Positions 11,056-21,926 of a stretch of DNA of 64,000 nucleotides are shown here, piece by piece. Source of the stretch: Prevotella sp. (GTDB lineage Bacteria; Bacteroidota; Bacteroidia; Bacteroidales; Dysgonomonadaceae); NCBI GenBank assembly GCA_031285625.1, contig JAITVV010000081.1, forward strand, positions 32,001 to 96,000, written 5' to 3'. The position numbers and the translations under genes were made by a program. Numbering within the stretch: position 1 is the stretch's first letter; each line of letters begins with the position of its first letter. The notes under the pieces were generated by a model. The model did not search any database, was not told the origin of the DNA, and was given only the letters and a program-made list of their open reading frames with translations.

Positions 11056-11068
11056 TAACTAACTGATT

Positions 11069-11425
11069 CTAGTTTTTACCTCTTATTTCGGAGAGGACAG
11101 CATTTAATTTTGCATCTTCACACTTAATCTCTTTCAGTTTATCTTTACCTTCATTTGTAATACAGAAATACATTTGCCGTTTATCGCCCTCTCCAAGCAT
11201 TCTTTTTATAAAACCTTTATCTTCTACCGACTTGATCACTTTCGAAGCGTTAGAGTTCGTTAAACCGAGCATATCGGCTATTTCTCCGGAGGAGTGCTTG
11301 CCTTCCTTCAAACTACAGAGAAGCATACCCTCATTTAAAGAAAGATCATGTTCCTTTTGGAAATCCAGTTCAAAGTTTCTGATTGAACGGTATATATCCC
11401 TGATTGAGCATAATGTTTCTTCCAT
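11069..11425 (-). CDS. MarR family transcriptional regulator
   Basis: Winged HTH EIADMLGLTNSNASKVIKSVEDKGFIKR...DKRQ. Confidence 0.9.
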   Translation of the reverse strand: MEETLCSIRDIYRSIRNFELDFQKEHDLSLNEGMLLCSLKEGKHSSGEIADMLGLTNSNASKVIKSVEDKGFIKRMLGEGDKRQMYFCITNEGKDKLKEIKCEDAKLNAVLSEIRGKN

Positions 11426-11429
11426 TCTC

Positions 11430-11900
11430 TTATTTTTTATTTAATAGAACTTTATCAATAGCTTCCTTTAGTGTTGGTTTAGGTAATGCACCCTGAGCCA
11501 TTTGCGGAGTACCTTCCATTGGCACAAACAGCAAACTAGGTATACTTCTTATACCAAATACAGCGGCAAGTTCCTGTTCTGCTTCAGTATCTATTTTATA
11601 GATGTAGATCTCTCCGTCATACTCTTTGGCAAGCTCTTCCAGTACCGGGGCCACAGCTTTACATGGCCCACACCAGTCCGCATAGAAGTCTATCAGTGCA
11701 GGTTTGTCACCCAGATATTTCCATTCGCTAGGATTGGCTTCATAGTTAGCTACTTTTTTTAAAAAATCGATTTTATTTAAATGTATTGTTTTCATTTTAC
11801 TCTCCTTTTTTACTGGTTCTGTTGTTTGTTTCTTTTTCGTTTGTCCACAAGCATTTAATGAAAGGCCTGCAATTAATAACAATAATAAAAATTGTTTCAT
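11430..11900 (-). CDS. Thioredoxin, exported lipoprotein type
   Basis: DFYADWCGPC active site; signal peptide with lipobox LNAC. Confidence 0.95.
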   Translation of the reverse strand: MKQFLLLLLIAGLSLNACGQTKKKQTTEPVKKESKMKTIHLNKIDFLKKVANYEANPSEWKYLGDKPALIDFYADWCGPCKAVAPVLEELAKEYDGEIYIYKIDTEAEQELAAVFGIRSIPSLLFVPMEGTPQMAQGALPKPTLKEAIDKVLLNKK

Positions 11901-12055
11901 TCTTGGTTCGTATTATATTTTACCTGATTTTCATTTTTACCTTGCGGATTATCTATCTGACAATATCCTGTTATACAACACGAAACATTAAGCATCGCAA
12001 TAACAACAATAGCAAGATATTGTATAGTATACTTTCTAAGATACTTATTCTTCAT
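11897..12055 (-). CDS. Unannotated 52-aa Cys-containing small membrane/lipoprotein
   Basis: Hand translation gives MKNKYLRKYTIQYLAIVVIAMLNVSCCITGYCQIDNPQGKNENQVKYNTNQE. Its start overlaps the upstream gene's 3' end and its stop overlaps the thioredoxin start (ATGA). Confidence 0.6.
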   Translation of the reverse strand: MKNKYLRKYTIQYLAIVVIAMLNVSCCITGYCQIDNPQGKNENQVKYNTNQE

Positions 12056-12257
12056 TCCCGCCTTTTTTAAAAAAGCTGAGTAATAAACTACCCATAGCAG
12101 CTCCCCAGATAATACTCATTGTTGGCGATGCTGTTATCGGACAGGTACCACTTGAACATCCTATATAAAACCAATATAAATATCCTCCTATTCCGCCGAT
12201 AATGGCTCCCACCAGATATGTCCAGTTCTGTTTTAATATATTGATCATTCTATCCAC
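12045..12257 (-). CDS. DUF6132-like small membrane protein
   Basis: GAIIGGIGGYLYWFYIGCSSGTCPIT motif and two TM helices; the start may be the ATG at 12248. Confidence 0.85.
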   Translation of the reverse strand: MDRMINILKQNWTYLVGAIIGGIGGYLYWFYIGCSSGTCPITASPTMSIIWGAAMGSLLLSFFKKGGNEE

Positions 12258-12370
12258 AATATTTTTTTTAAATCAGAAACAAAAATATAATTTATTTTCC
12301 AATGGAACAAATTTCTATTGTAAATAAAATATAATATTTATTATTATACATAATCCAAAGGGAAAAAATA

Positions 12371-12398
12371 AGCCCGGCATATTTAAATATGCCGGGCT
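12371..12398 (-). terminator. Intrinsic terminator after pepC
   Basis: AGCCCGGCATATTT/AAATATGCCGGGCT palindrome with a T-run on the minus strand. Confidence 0.8.
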
Positions 12399-12417
12399 AA
12401 ATATTCTATATCTTTTA

Positions 12418-13599
12418 TTAGAAGCCTAGTTTATTAGCTATACCTTTAGGCAAAGCAGCCTTATTTACCATGATATTTGTAGTCTTATATTTAACAAAAG
12501 CTTCGGATGCATACCAAATACCTTTATAGTTACCAGCCTCACCCCATGAGTTTTTTACAAGATAATATTTAGTACCGTTTTGGTCTTTTACAATACCGTA
12601 AATTTGCATTCCGTGGTCATCTGTGGTTTCCTGATTATCAAAAGCTATTTGCCGCATTTCCTGAGTGATAGTTTTTTCTTTCACCGGGCCTTGGTCAACC
12701 ATTGCTTTCATACGATTGTTTTTCTCATTACGTGATAGACCTAACCAATGTGCCTGATCTGAACCCACGTTTTCAGGAGCTTCATCATCCGGAATAACAG
12801 CAATACCATTACGTGTAAAGCCTATTTCACTCACGTCTGTTGCCCAAGCGACTGTATACCCGTTGTTGATTGCATTATCTATTATCTGTATCATTTCGTC
12901 TACAGGCACGTTGTATGACAATGCCCAACGCCAGTTGTCTGGAATTTCAAGTGCAAAAGGAGCATAGAAAGGATGATGCGTAAAGGAAGTAACTGATACA
13001 TAATTCTTACTATCCAATCCCAAAGACTGAGCTAAAGACTGTGGAGTATAAGTTTTTCCCTGATATTGAAAATCTTTTGGTATAGCTCCAAAATAAGCAT
13101 CCAAAGCCCCATTGAAACCGATAGCCCAGACAGGAGAGATACGTCTGTTCTTATTAGCCGAAATACCTTTTACATATCCACTAAGAGCAGCTTCTACTTC
13201 TCCATGGTTGTGCAATGTTTCACCATAATTAAGTCCTGCATAGGTATCATTAGGGATAACACCATATTCATTCAGGGTCTCTACCACATCTGCAAATGCT
13301 CCTCCCTGTGCAAAATTCAGGTTTCCTCCTACTCTTACATATTTATCTGCTTTATCTGCATAGTTGCGACGAACAATATACATTTCCGACAGGTCATGCT
13401 CCCCTTTGTTCATCCTCAATAGTTCCGATTCAAGGAATGCTACTCCAGAGAAACTCCAGCACGTACCACTATTTCCCTGATTTTTGATAGAAGTGATTGG
13501 ATTCTCTTTAACAACTGTAAATTGATAACCTGCATTATCCTGAGCATATATGCTTAATGTAATGAGCAGGAATAAAGGTAGAATGAATAATTTTTTCAT
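12418..13599 (-). CDS. C1B cysteine aminopeptidase (PepC/bleomycin hydrolase family), exported
   Basis: NQGNSGTCWSFS (Cys), DDHGM (His), VKNSWG (Asn); signal peptide. Confidence 0.95.
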   Translation of the reverse strand: MKKLFILPLFLLITLSIYAQDNAGYQFTVVKENPITSIKNQGNSGTCWSFSGVAFLESELLRMNKGEHDLSEMYIVRRNYADKADKYVRVGGNLNFAQGGAFADVVETLNEYGVIPNDTYAGLNYGETLHNHGEVEAALSGYVKGISANKNRRISPVWAIGFNGALDAYFGAIPKDFQYQGKTYTPQSLAQSLGLDSKNYVSVTSFTHHPFYAPFALEIPDNWRWALSYNVPVDEMIQIIDNAINNGYTVAWATDVSEIGFTRNGIAVIPDDEAPENVGSDQAHWLGLSRNEKNNRMKAMVDQGPVKEKTITQEMRQIAFDNQETTDDHGMQIYGIVKDQNGTKYYLVKNSWGEAGNYKGIWYASEAFVKYKTTNIMVNKAALPKGIANKLGF

Positions 13600-13642
13600 A
13601 TACGTTTAATGATTGGTTTTTATGATTTAAGTTTTACTCTAT

Positions 13643-15739
13643 TTACATTGAATCTTTCTCCGGTGTAGCTTCCACATCCTTTTTCAACTCCGGATATGCA
13701 ACACGTAAGTGGCGCATGCTTACCAGCTTCTCACAAAAGACCTCTTTCACCAGTTCTATATCTTTAAAGGTTATAGGTGCATTCTTGAACAGTCCATCGC
13801 TCAGCTGTGTATCTATCAACCGGTTTACAAGTTCTGTTATGGCTTCTTTGCTATTATCTTTCAGACTTCTTGAGGCGGCTTCAACCGTGTCTGCCATCAT
13901 CAAGATAGCTGTTTCGCGGGTAAAAGGATTTGGGCCGGGATAAGTGAAATCAGCTTCATCGACCTCCTCTTCAGGATGATTATTTACATAAGAATTGTAG
14001 AAATATTTAGCCTTACCTTTTCCATGATGTGTTTCTATAAAATCAATAATCTGCTGTGGCAAGTTATTCTTTTTGGCAATACGGACACCCTCAGCTACAT
14101 GATCGATAATGATACGTGCACTTTCTTTTTCAGTAAGTCCGGCATGAGGATCTATGCCTTCCATCTGATTTTCGGTAAAGAATATAGGATTCACCATTTT
14201 ACCGATATCATGGTACAGAGCACCGGTACGTACAAGGGTAGCATTTGCCCCAATACGATGCGCTGCCGATACAACAAGGGTAGATACCTGCATTGAGTGC
14301 TGGAATGTACCCGGAGCCACTTCTGACAGCTGCTGAAGCAAAGGCCTGTTAGTATTGGATAATTCGATCATGCTCACTTCCGACATAAAACCAAAAACCC
14401 TTTCGCAGATATAGACCAAAAGATATGCAAATGTGACAAATACAAAATTGATACAGAAATAAATATATAATCTTGAATTTTCTTTTATCAATGAAATATC
14501 ACCTTCTGTACACAATATCCATCCTGTAAATGTCACAAAATACGTAGCGAGTATAAATAAAGCACAATATATCAGCTGCGAACGTTCAGATAAATTGCGA
14601 AGGCTATAAATACACATATAGCCCACAAGAATCTGAACTACTATAAACTGAGCCATTTGAGCCAGAGGAAGCATCAAAGAACAAATGAGCACAGTGACAA
14701 CATGGGTGGTAACAGCTGTACGCGAATCTATAAATGTACGGATAAGGATCGTTGGTATGGCAAAAGGGATCACATACATCAGTGTAAACAACTTTGAGTC
14801 TGCCATTATTCCGGTGATAATCGGAAAGATCATTACCATCAATAATATAAAGACAATGCTTTTCTTATCCTTGTATTCTTTAATACGATAAAACTTCAGG
14901 TAAACCATCAAGGTCATAATGAGAAGCGTTATCATGATCAGTTCACCAAAAATAAGCCACCCTGGTTTCGATTTCGTTCCTACTTTTCCTTCTGCTTCCT
15001 TACTATATGAGTCCAGGATATTTTTTAACCTAGCATCAACAATCTCCCCGCGGTCAATGATCTTTTCACCATACTGAATTTCACCTTCATATAATGATAC
15101 CTGCTGTAACAGATCATTCTTCATATTCGAAGAAGTCTTTTCATCAGACATTATATTAGGATTGAGATAATCATTCAGATTTATGGATTTAAGGTGAGCT
15201 ATATCAATATGAGCAGGGGCATCATCAATTATCTTTTCGTATGCCTGACGCGGAGTATAGAAAGAAGCTATATGCTTGGCCGAGGCAATATTATTGCCAT
15301 TTTCGCTTCTCAGCAACAGCTGCTTCTTAGTTAATTGCTGGATACGATCATAATTTTCTGCTGAGATAATACCTGCTTTGTAAATCTCTGTAAATTTCCG
15401 GTTTATATAGCTGATGTAATCATCCGGAATACTTTTTGCACGGGCATCCTGAGTGAATTGTGTAGACGATTTTTTTGCTATCGTTCCGTCTACCATATAG
15501 TATGGCAGAAAAGATTGCATGATGCTATCTTTTTCCTGCTTTATCTGTGCATCCGATTTATGAATATGGAACTTGAACGGGGCTGTAAGTAAACCATATT
15601 GCCATGGTTTATTTTCATCATAACTGTATTTATATTTCCCCTCGCGAGGTAAAAAATACATAATGATTAAAATTGCAGCTATGAAGAATACGAATGTAGG
15701 TACTTTGACCTTGCCTATAAATTTGTCGATTTTTGCCAT
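13643..15739 (-). CDS. 7TM-HD (HDIG) phosphohydrolase, PgpH-like
   Basis: Extracellular domain, a multi-TM region, and APGTFQHS, LYHDIGK, HHG and MMADTVEAASRSL motifs. Confidence 0.93.
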   Translation of the reverse strand: MAKIDKFIGKVKVPTFVFFIAAILIIMYFLPREGKYKYSYDENKPWQYGLLTAPFKFHIHKSDAQIKQEKDSIMQSFLPYYMVDGTIAKKSSTQFTQDARAKSIPDDYISYINRKFTEIYKAGIISAENYDRIQQLTKKQLLLRSENGNNIASAKHIASFYTPRQAYEKIIDDAPAHIDIAHLKSINLNDYLNPNIMSDEKTSSNMKNDLLQQVSLYEGEIQYGEKIIDRGEIVDARLKNILDSYSKEAEGKVGTKSKPGWLIFGELIMITLLIMTLMVYLKFYRIKEYKDKKSIVFILLMVMIFPIITGIMADSKLFTLMYVIPFAIPTILIRTFIDSRTAVTTHVVTVLICSLMLPLAQMAQFIVVQILVGYMCIYSLRNLSERSQLIYCALFILATYFVTFTGWILCTEGDISLIKENSRLYIYFCINFVFVTFAYLLVYICERVFGFMSEVSMIELSNTNRPLLQQLSEVAPGTFQHSMQVSTLVVSAAHRIGANATLVRTGALYHDIGKMVNPIFFTENQMEGIDPHAGLTEKESARIIIDHVAEGVRIAKKNNLPQQIIDFIETHHGKGKAKYFYNSYVNNHPEEEVDEADFTYPGPNPFTRETAILMMADTVEAASRSLKDNSKEAITELVNRLIDTQLSDGLFKNAPITFKDIELVKEVFCEKLVSMRHLRVAYPELKKDVEATPEKDSM

Positions 15740-15814
15740 AATCCATTATGGTTTAGAATACAAATCTACAAGTTTATTTTTTATTTGAAGAAAAATAGAG
15801 ATTAAAAGGGGAGT

Positions 15815-17056
15815 TTATAAGCCTAAAACCGCCATCACCCGCTGAACTACTCCGGCATTTGACCGCACATAATTACCGGCATGCAGGCCAGCCGCATCAA
15901 GTGACTCTTTGTATTGAAGAAATTCGTCCATGAGTCCTCTGAAAGACTGATAGTCTGAAATAGAGTATCCCCCTCCCTGTTCTATAAGCTGTTGTGCTTC
16001 ACGAAACTTTTTAAAATTAGGGCCGAATATAACAGGAATATCGTATACGGCAGCCTCTAAAACATTGTGTATGCCTACCCCAAAACCACCACCTACATAG
16101 GCCAGTTGCCCGTATCTGTATAGTGAAGAAAGCAGCCCGAAATTATCGATTATCAAACAATCATAATCACCCATCATTTCAGGGATTGCTCTAGAATAGC
16201 GGATATGTGGGCGTTGCAGATTACTTTCGATATATTTTAAATGAGCCTCATCGATTTCGTGAGGTGCAATTATTAGTTTTAGATCTGTTGTAATATTAAA
16301 ATAAGGGATAAGGATATCTTCATCTTTAGGCCATGTACTTCCGGCTATAAATATTTGTTCGTTTTCCATTTTTGCTTTTTTCTCAAAAGCTTCGGCAACA
16401 GGCAATTGTTTTGCTTGTTCCTGTATATCCAGAACTCTATCGAAACGGGTATCGCCACATACTTCCACATTGGTAATATTGATACCTGCTAATAATTTGG
16501 CTGAACTGCTATCCTGAACGCAAATAGATTCATATCTCCTCAGTAATTTTCGCATATCACTGCCATACCATTTGAAGAATATCTGCGAAGGGCGAAAAAT
16601 AGCTGACACCATATAAACAGGTATATTCTTCTTGTACAAACGGTTTACGAAGTTATACCAGAACTCATATTTTATAAAGATAGCCATTTTAGGCTCAACT
16701 AATTTCAGAAATTTCTTAACATTTCGCTTTTTATCAAACGGAAGGTAACAAATAACATCTGCTAAAGGATAATCTTTTCTGACCTCATATCCTGAAGGAG
16801 AGAAGAAAGTAAGTAATATTTTATATTCGGGATGTCTCCGCTTCACTTCTTCCATGATTGGCCTTCCTTGCTCAAATTCGCCCAAAGATGCGGCATGGAA
16901 CCAGATATATTCAGCGTCCTTTTCTATTTTTTGTTTTAAAATTTTATAGGTCTGTTTATGACCAACGATCATTTTTCTTGCTTTCTTATGGAAAGGTGAA
17001 ACGATACGAACCGCAAGGGCGTATAAGTATATAGCAAGATTATAAAAAAACAGCAT
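15815..17056 (-). CDS. waaA: 3-deoxy-D-manno-octulosonic acid transferase
   Basis: Motifs IWFHAASLGEFEQ, YLPFD, GDTRFD and GGGFGVGIHNVLEAA. Confidence 0.96.
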   Translation of the reverse strand: MLFFYNLAIYLYALAVRIVSPFHKKARKMIVGHKQTYKILKQKIEKDAEYIWFHAASLGEFEQGRPIMEEVKRRHPEYKILLTFFSPSGYEVRKDYPLADVICYLPFDKKRNVKKFLKLVEPKMAIFIKYEFWYNFVNRLYKKNIPVYMVSAIFRPSQIFFKWYGSDMRKLLRRYESICVQDSSSAKLLAGINITNVEVCGDTRFDRVLDIQEQAKQLPVAEAFEKKAKMENEQIFIAGSTWPKDEDILIPYFNITTDLKLIIAPHEIDEAHLKYIESNLQRPHIRYSRAIPEMMGDYDCLIIDNFGLLSSLYRYGQLAYVGGGFGVGIHNVLEAAVYDIPVIFGPNFKKFREAQQLIEQGGGYSISDYQSFRGLMDEFLQYKESLDAAGLHAGNYVRSNAGVVQRVMAVLGL

Positions 17057-17137
17057 TCCTTACAATTTAAGGTCGCAGACCTATTTATTACTTTTGTATG
17101 TATAACAACTATAGCTAGTTGCGTTAAATACTTTCTT

Positions 17138-18652
17138 TTACTTAATATTTAAAACAGCCTTTTCGAGACGTGCAATTGTTTCTTCTTTTCCAATAGTAGC
17201 TGTTATATCAAACATATGAGGACCTTTAGATTCTCCTACAATGGCAAGGCGGAAAGCATTCATTACATTTCCCAGATGGTACCCTTTAGATTCGATCCAG
17301 CCTTTCACGATCTCTTCCTGATTATGTGCTGAAAAATCATTGATTCCTTTAATAACCTCAATCAGTTCTGTTATTTGAGCAGGAGATTCTTCCTTCCAGC
17401 GCTTCTTCACCACTTTTTCATCATAAGCTGTAGGAGCTACAAAGAAGAAGAAAGATTGATCCCACAATTCTTTCACAAAGCTAACCCTCTCTTTAACAAG
17501 ACCAACTACAGTCTCTACATATTCGATAGGAGTATCAATCCCTTTATCTTCAAGAACCGGATAAAAGATATTAGCTATCTCACTATTCGGACGTAGTTGG
17601 ATATATTGATGGTTAAACCATTTTCCTTTTTCATAATCAAACTTAGCACCACTTTTACTACATTTTTCAAGTGAGAAGAGGTCGATAAGTTCCGGCAGGG
17701 TCATTATTTCCTGATCATTTCCTGGATTCCATCCGAGAAGGGCAAGAAAATTAATAACAGCTTCGGGTAGATAGCCGCTCTCACGATAGCCCGAAGAAAT
17801 TTCTCCACTATTCGGATCTTTCCATTCTAAAGGGAATACAGGGAATCCCAAACGGTCACCATCACGCTTACTAAGCTTTCCGTTTCCTTCCGGCTTCAGT
17901 AATAACGGAAGATGAGCAAACTGTGGCATAGTATCCTCCCAACCAAAAGCACGGTATAATAACACATGCAGAGGTGCAGAAGGCAACCATTCCTCTCCAC
18001 GTATTACATGAGTGATTTCCATCAGGTGGTCATCCACTATGTTTGCCAGATGATATGTAGGTAGTTGATCTGCAGATTTATATAAAACTTTATCATCGAG
18101 CACTGAAGAATTGTATTTTACTTCGCCACGAATGACATCGTTTACAAGAACTTCCTGATTTGATTCTATTTTGAAACGCACAACATATTGATTTCCTGCA
18201 TCAATCAGAGATTGTACCTCTTCCTTACTAAGGGTGAGTGAGTTTCTCATATCTCCACGGGTAGATGCATCATACTGAAAGTTGTTCACAACTTCACGTT
18301 TTGCAGTCAGCTCTTCGGGAGTATCAAAAGCGATATAAGCAGCTCCTTTGTCGAGAAGTATGTCTACATATTTTTTATAAATATCTTTTCTTTCCGACTG
18401 CCGGTATGGGGCATATGCACCTCCCACATGGGTTCCTTCATCGAACTGAAGACCTAACCATGTAAAAGCTTCTATTATATATTCCTCTGCTCCGGGAACG
18501 AAACGTTGAGAATCGGTATCTTCGATACGGAGAATAAAATCACCATTATTCTTTTTAGCAAAAAGATAATTATATAGTGCTGTACGCACTCCTCCAATGT
18601 GCAAAGGCCCTGTCGGACTCGGAGCAAATCGCACCCTAACTTTTTGAGACAT
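17138..18652 (-). CDS. gltX: Glutamate--tRNA ligase
   Basis: [14 protein letters not shown] (HIGH motif) and KLSKR (KMSKS motif). Confidence 0.99.
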   Translation of the reverse strand: MSQKVRVRFAPSPTGPLHIGGVRTALYNYLFAKKNNGDFILRIEDTDSQRFVPGAEEYIIEAFTWLGLQFDEGTHVGGAYAPYRQSERKDIYKKYVDILLDKGAAYIAFDTPEELTAKREVVNNFQYDASTRGDMRNSLTLSKEEVQSLIDAGNQYVVRFKIESNQEVLVNDVIRGEVKYNSSVLDDKVLYKSADQLPTYHLANIVDDHLMEITHVIRGEEWLPSAPLHVLLYRAFGWEDTMPQFAHLPLLLKPEGNGKLSKRDGDRLGFPVFPLEWKDPNSGEISSGYRESGYLPEAVINFLALLGWNPGNDQEIMTLPELIDLFSLEKCSKSGAKFDYEKGKWFNHQYIQLRPNSEIANIFYPVLEDKGIDTPIEYVETVVGLVKERVSFVKELWDQSFFFFVAPTAYDEKVVKKRWKEESPAQITELIEVIKGINDFSAHNQEEIVKGWIESKGYHLGNVMNAFRLAIVGESKGPHMFDITATIGKEETIARLEKAVLNIK

Positions 18653-18728
18653 ACTGTATTTTTTAAAGAGGCTACAAAATTATACAAAATATTGCAAACT
18701 AGTGAGGATATAACCAGAATAAATAAAA

Positions 18729-18752
18729 ACAGCCGGACAGAAATCCGGCTGT
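18729..18752 (-). terminator. Intrinsic terminator
   Basis: ACAGCCGGA-CAGAAA-TCCGGCTGT with a T-run on the minus strand. Confidence 0.7.
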
Positions 18753-18771
18753 ACTCACTAAACTTAATATA

Positions 18772-19449
18772 TTATTTTCTGATGCTGCCTCTTCCAGACA
18801 TATTTGTATTGATATTATCATATTTGAGATTTACAACATTAACATCTGCACTACCCGAAGCACTAACAGATATATTATCTACTCTACCGCTAACTGTTAT
18901 GTTAGATCCACCGCTGGCAGCCACATTTGCATTCTTAGCTTTCTCAATCCTAATATTGGTATTGCTCCCTCCTGAAGCAGCAATATTAATCTTTTCACTC
19001 TTTGTTTGTCGTATTGTGCAATCTGCTCCTCCCGAAAGGGCTACATTACAATTGTCGGACTTTACTTTATTTATATCTATATTGGCCCCACCAGAAGCTG
19101 TAATAGAAATTTTATCACTATTTTTCAATTCCTCGGAAAAGAATCTCGATCCGCCTGACAGAATAACCGCATCCAGTTTGCTTGCTGATAAATATACCTT
19201 TGCACTGCCTTTTCGTCCTCCTTTTCTGCTTAGTATCAATGAACCATCTTTCACATTTACATTCACATTGTCATACTTATCTATATCTGCAGTATGGGAT
19301 TTACCCTGCGAATAATAGACTTCAATCCCAGAGCTGGAGACAATAGTACTGTACGGACTTACCGCTATTTTTTCCCTGTTTGCTGTTTTGCTCGACCCGC
19401 AAGATATAAAAAGGATCATGCTTAATATAAGAACACTCATAAATTTCAT
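18772..19449 (-). CDS. DUF2807/GIN-domain lipoprotein
   Basis: Lipobox FISC and repeated SGGA/SGGS beta-solenoid units. Confidence 0.85.
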   Translation of the reverse strand: MKFMSVLILSMILFISCGSSKTANREKIAVSPYSTIVSSSGIEVYYSQGKSHTADIDKYDNVNVNVKDGSLILSRKGGRKGSAKVYLSASKLDAVILSGGSRFFSEELKNSDKISITASGGANIDINKVKSDNCNVALSGGADCTIRQTKSEKINIAASGGSNTNIRIEKAKNANVAASGGSNITVSGRVDNISVSASGSADVNVVNLKYDNINTNMSGRGSIRK

Positions 19450-19473
19450 CTGTATATGTTTTATAACGTTTAC

Positions 19474-20715
19474 TTATCTAATTTTCACATCAGCATAGTT
19501 ACTCGTAACGTTTATTACTGCTGTTGCTTTCTTATTCCCGACTTGTCCTTTCTTTATCACAGAACCCGCCTTTTCAATGTGTTCTGTATATTTTACAGAA
19601 TATTTGTTAGACACATTTATATCTCCATGGTTTAATGATACACTAAAAGTAGCACCAATATTTGCAGGAATACTTAATATTATATCAGAGTAATTACTAT
19701 TGACATTTATGTTTGCATTAGATGATATAGAATTGATTTGGATATCGGAATAATTACATTTGGTAGTCAGGTCAGAATTCAAATTATCAATCTTTATATC
19801 AGCATAATTCAAATTTCCACTTATATTACCTATTGTTCCTATCTTGAAATCTCCGGAAGATGTACCCTTAATTACAAGATTTTGTACATTACTAAAAACA
19901 TTATCACTATAGTTGCTCAACAAGTCAATCCGGTTAGCCTTTGCTATATTAACTTTTGAATAAGATGCATCAATATCTATATCCTGAGCCTGACCTATAG
20001 TAATTTTCCCATATCTGTCTTTGATTACCGGCTTTACTCCCGAAAAGCCTTCTGCATTAAGACTACTATAAGATAAATTTGATGAGAATGGGGCATGGAA
20101 CTCATCCATCCTTACTTTTCCATATCTCAGGTTGATATTCAGTTTAGTATTTCGTGGAATATTTATTATAAAATCTATCTCAGCTCCGCTGGTACTTTTG
20201 CTATCTATTGTCAATTGTCCTTTTGTTGTCGAAATATTTACCGGATTTTTTTGATTACGGCTACTAAAGTATTGAATCTGTAGTTCCACCTGTTTCGATT
20301 TGGATTCCTTGACAATGATATTACCATATTGATGCCGGAAATCAATTTCTGATATATTGGAAAAGGATTTTGTCTCTGTTCTTTTAGGTGTTTTATTTTT
20401 TTGATTGAATTTGTATACCCTTACATCTCTCCACTTATCTGCTTTAAGGTCCTTAAAGTTTTCTTCTATTTGTTTTTGTGTGGCTTTTAGGGATTCTTTC
20501 CAATCTTCAATATCCGCCTTATTTGCCCCAAACTTCTCTCTGAGAGCAAGCAGATCGCTAGTATCCATATCTGGAAAATTAAAATCAAAACCACTCATAT
20601 CAATATTCGGGTCTATTTTTCCTTTATAGATATAGATCGAATCTTGTGGAATATTAATAGCGCTTAGTTGCGTGGATATTAAACAACATAAGCTGATAAA
20701 TATATACTTTTTCAT
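19474..20715 (-). CDS. Exported beta-solenoid protein (DUF4097/adhesin-like)
   Basis: Signal peptide and repeated YG/YS.I.I units. Confidence 0.7.
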   Translation of the reverse strand: MKKYIFISLCCLISTQLSAINIPQDSIYIYKGKIDPNIDMSGFDFNFPDMDTSDLLALREKFGANKADIEDWKESLKATQKQIEENFKDLKADKWRDVRVYKFNQKNKTPKRTETKSFSNISEIDFRHQYGNIIVKESKSKQVELQIQYFSSRNQKNPVNISTTKGQLTIDSKSTSGAEIDFIINIPRNTKLNINLRYGKVRMDEFHAPFSSNLSYSSLNAEGFSGVKPVIKDRYGKITIGQAQDIDIDASYSKVNIAKANRIDLLSNYSDNVFSNVQNLVIKGTSSGDFKIGTIGNISGNLNYADIKIDNLNSDLTTKCNYSDIQINSISSNANINVNSNYSDIILSIPANIGATFSVSLNHGDINVSNKYSVKYTEHIEKAGSVIKKGQVGNKKATAVINVTSNYADVKIR

Positions 20716-20728
20716 ATCAATTGTATAA

Positions 20729-21259
20729 TTAGCATTTTGTGTATTTTCCTAACTTTTCATTTATATTTTCCAGTGCGTGAATGTTTGCTTTATAATGCTT
20801 AACCAAAAAACGTATTGCTGTTTCCTGATCCTCATTCTGTGCCATTTCATTAATAAAATCGGAATTGTTATCCATTATTTTTTGTAAGTCTTTTGTCAGT
20901 TGCGCCTGATTGTCAGTGTCTGTATAAGCAAGCTTACACATTATGTCCGCGATTTGCTCTTCCATTTGCTGACTGTAATAGCTATTTGTTGTTTTAAATT
21001 CCTCAGAAGCCTCAATAGTCGCAGTTGGAGGAATATTATCGTTCATTGTTTCGGGATTGTAAAACTTAATAGCAACAGCAATCAAAACCGCAATAGATGC
21101 TGCCACAGACAATATACTTATCAATCTTACCTTTTTAGTAGATTTAGGCTTTTGTTCTTTTTTCAAAAGAGCTTCAAACCTATCCATATGCCCTGCCGAA
21201 GGCTCTTTGTCATCGAATAAATCCCTATTTTCCTGTATTTTCTTTCTTAAGTCATTCAT
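20729..21259 (-). CDS. Putative anti-sigma factor (single TM)
   Basis: FDDKEPSAGHMDRFEALL, then a TM (SVAASIAVLI) and a helical periplasmic part; follows the ECF sigma. Confidence 0.75.
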   Translation of the reverse strand: MNDLRKKIQENRDLFDDKEPSAGHMDRFEALLKKEQKPKSTKKVRLISILSVAASIAVLIAVAIKFYNPETMNDNIPPTATIEASEEFKTTNSYYSQQMEEQIADIMCKLAYTDTDNQAQLTKDLQKIMDNNSDFINEMAQNEDQETAIRFLVKHYKANIHALENINEKLGKYTKC

Positions 21260-21270
21260 ATCCCCTCCTT

Positions 21271-21801
21271 TCAGATGAGTTCGATTAATCTTTGTTTTGC
21301 TCTCATATACTGTATACGTACGGTACCCGGTGCTATATTTAATATTTCACTTATCTCTTCATGGTCATAGCCCTCTATCAGGTAAAGGTTAATGACCAAA
21401 CGGCTTGCTTCGGGCAATTTTTGTATTGCTGCTTTTACCTGTTCCACTTTATCCAAAATTGCATCCCAATCTTCATTATCATCGGAATCAATTACATCAT
21501 ATTTTATATTTTCATTCAGGTTGATTACATCAAGACTTTTCTTCCTCAATTTATCAATCGATGTATTGATGGCAATTCTCACCAGCCATGCCTCGAAAGG
21601 TACAGAATCTTTATAATCATTCAAACTGGAAAATACTTTTAGAAAACTTTCCTGCATTGCATCTTCCGCCTCAAAAGAATCATATAAAACCCGATAACAG
21701 GCATTGTAAACCCTCTTATAGAAAGTTGTATACAGTTGCATCTGGGACTTATGCTCCCCTCTCTTGCACCGCTCTAATATAGTAGAATCAAAGCCTATCA
21801 T
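21271..21801 (-). CDS. ECF RNA polymerase sigma factor
   Basis: AEDAMQESFLKVF, WLVRIAINTSID and EGYDHEEISEILNI motifs. Confidence 0.95.
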   Translation of the reverse strand: MIGFDSTILERCKRGEHKSQMQLYTTFYKRVYNACYRVLYDSFEAEDAMQESFLKVFSSLNDYKDSVPFEAWLVRIAINTSIDKLRKKSLDVINLNENIKYDVIDSDDNEDWDAILDKVEQVKAAIQKLPEASRLVINLYLIEGYDHEEISEILNIAPGTVRIQYMRAKQRLIELI

Positions 21802-21828
21802 TAAATTTTGGTTACCCTTCTATCTATA

Positions 21829-21856
21829 TGTACGAAAGAAAAAAAGATGTGTTACA
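21829..21856 (-). promoter_or_regulatory. Putative autoregulatory ECF promoter
   Basis: Minus strand reads TGTAAC-N16-CGTACA about 30 nt upstream of the sigma gene, matching the AAC/CGT ECF promoter pattern. Confidence 0.6.
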
Positions 21857-21926
21857 AAAGGAGAAACTATTTTCAGTAAAATATCAGATTATCTTCTTTT
21901 TTATCATTATAAGTCGCTAAAATTGC

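Noticed and set aside
18772-20715. Internal repeats (SGG units, NYSD units)
   Set aside because: These are protein-level beta-solenoid repeats typical of DUF2807/DUF4097, not DNA arrays.
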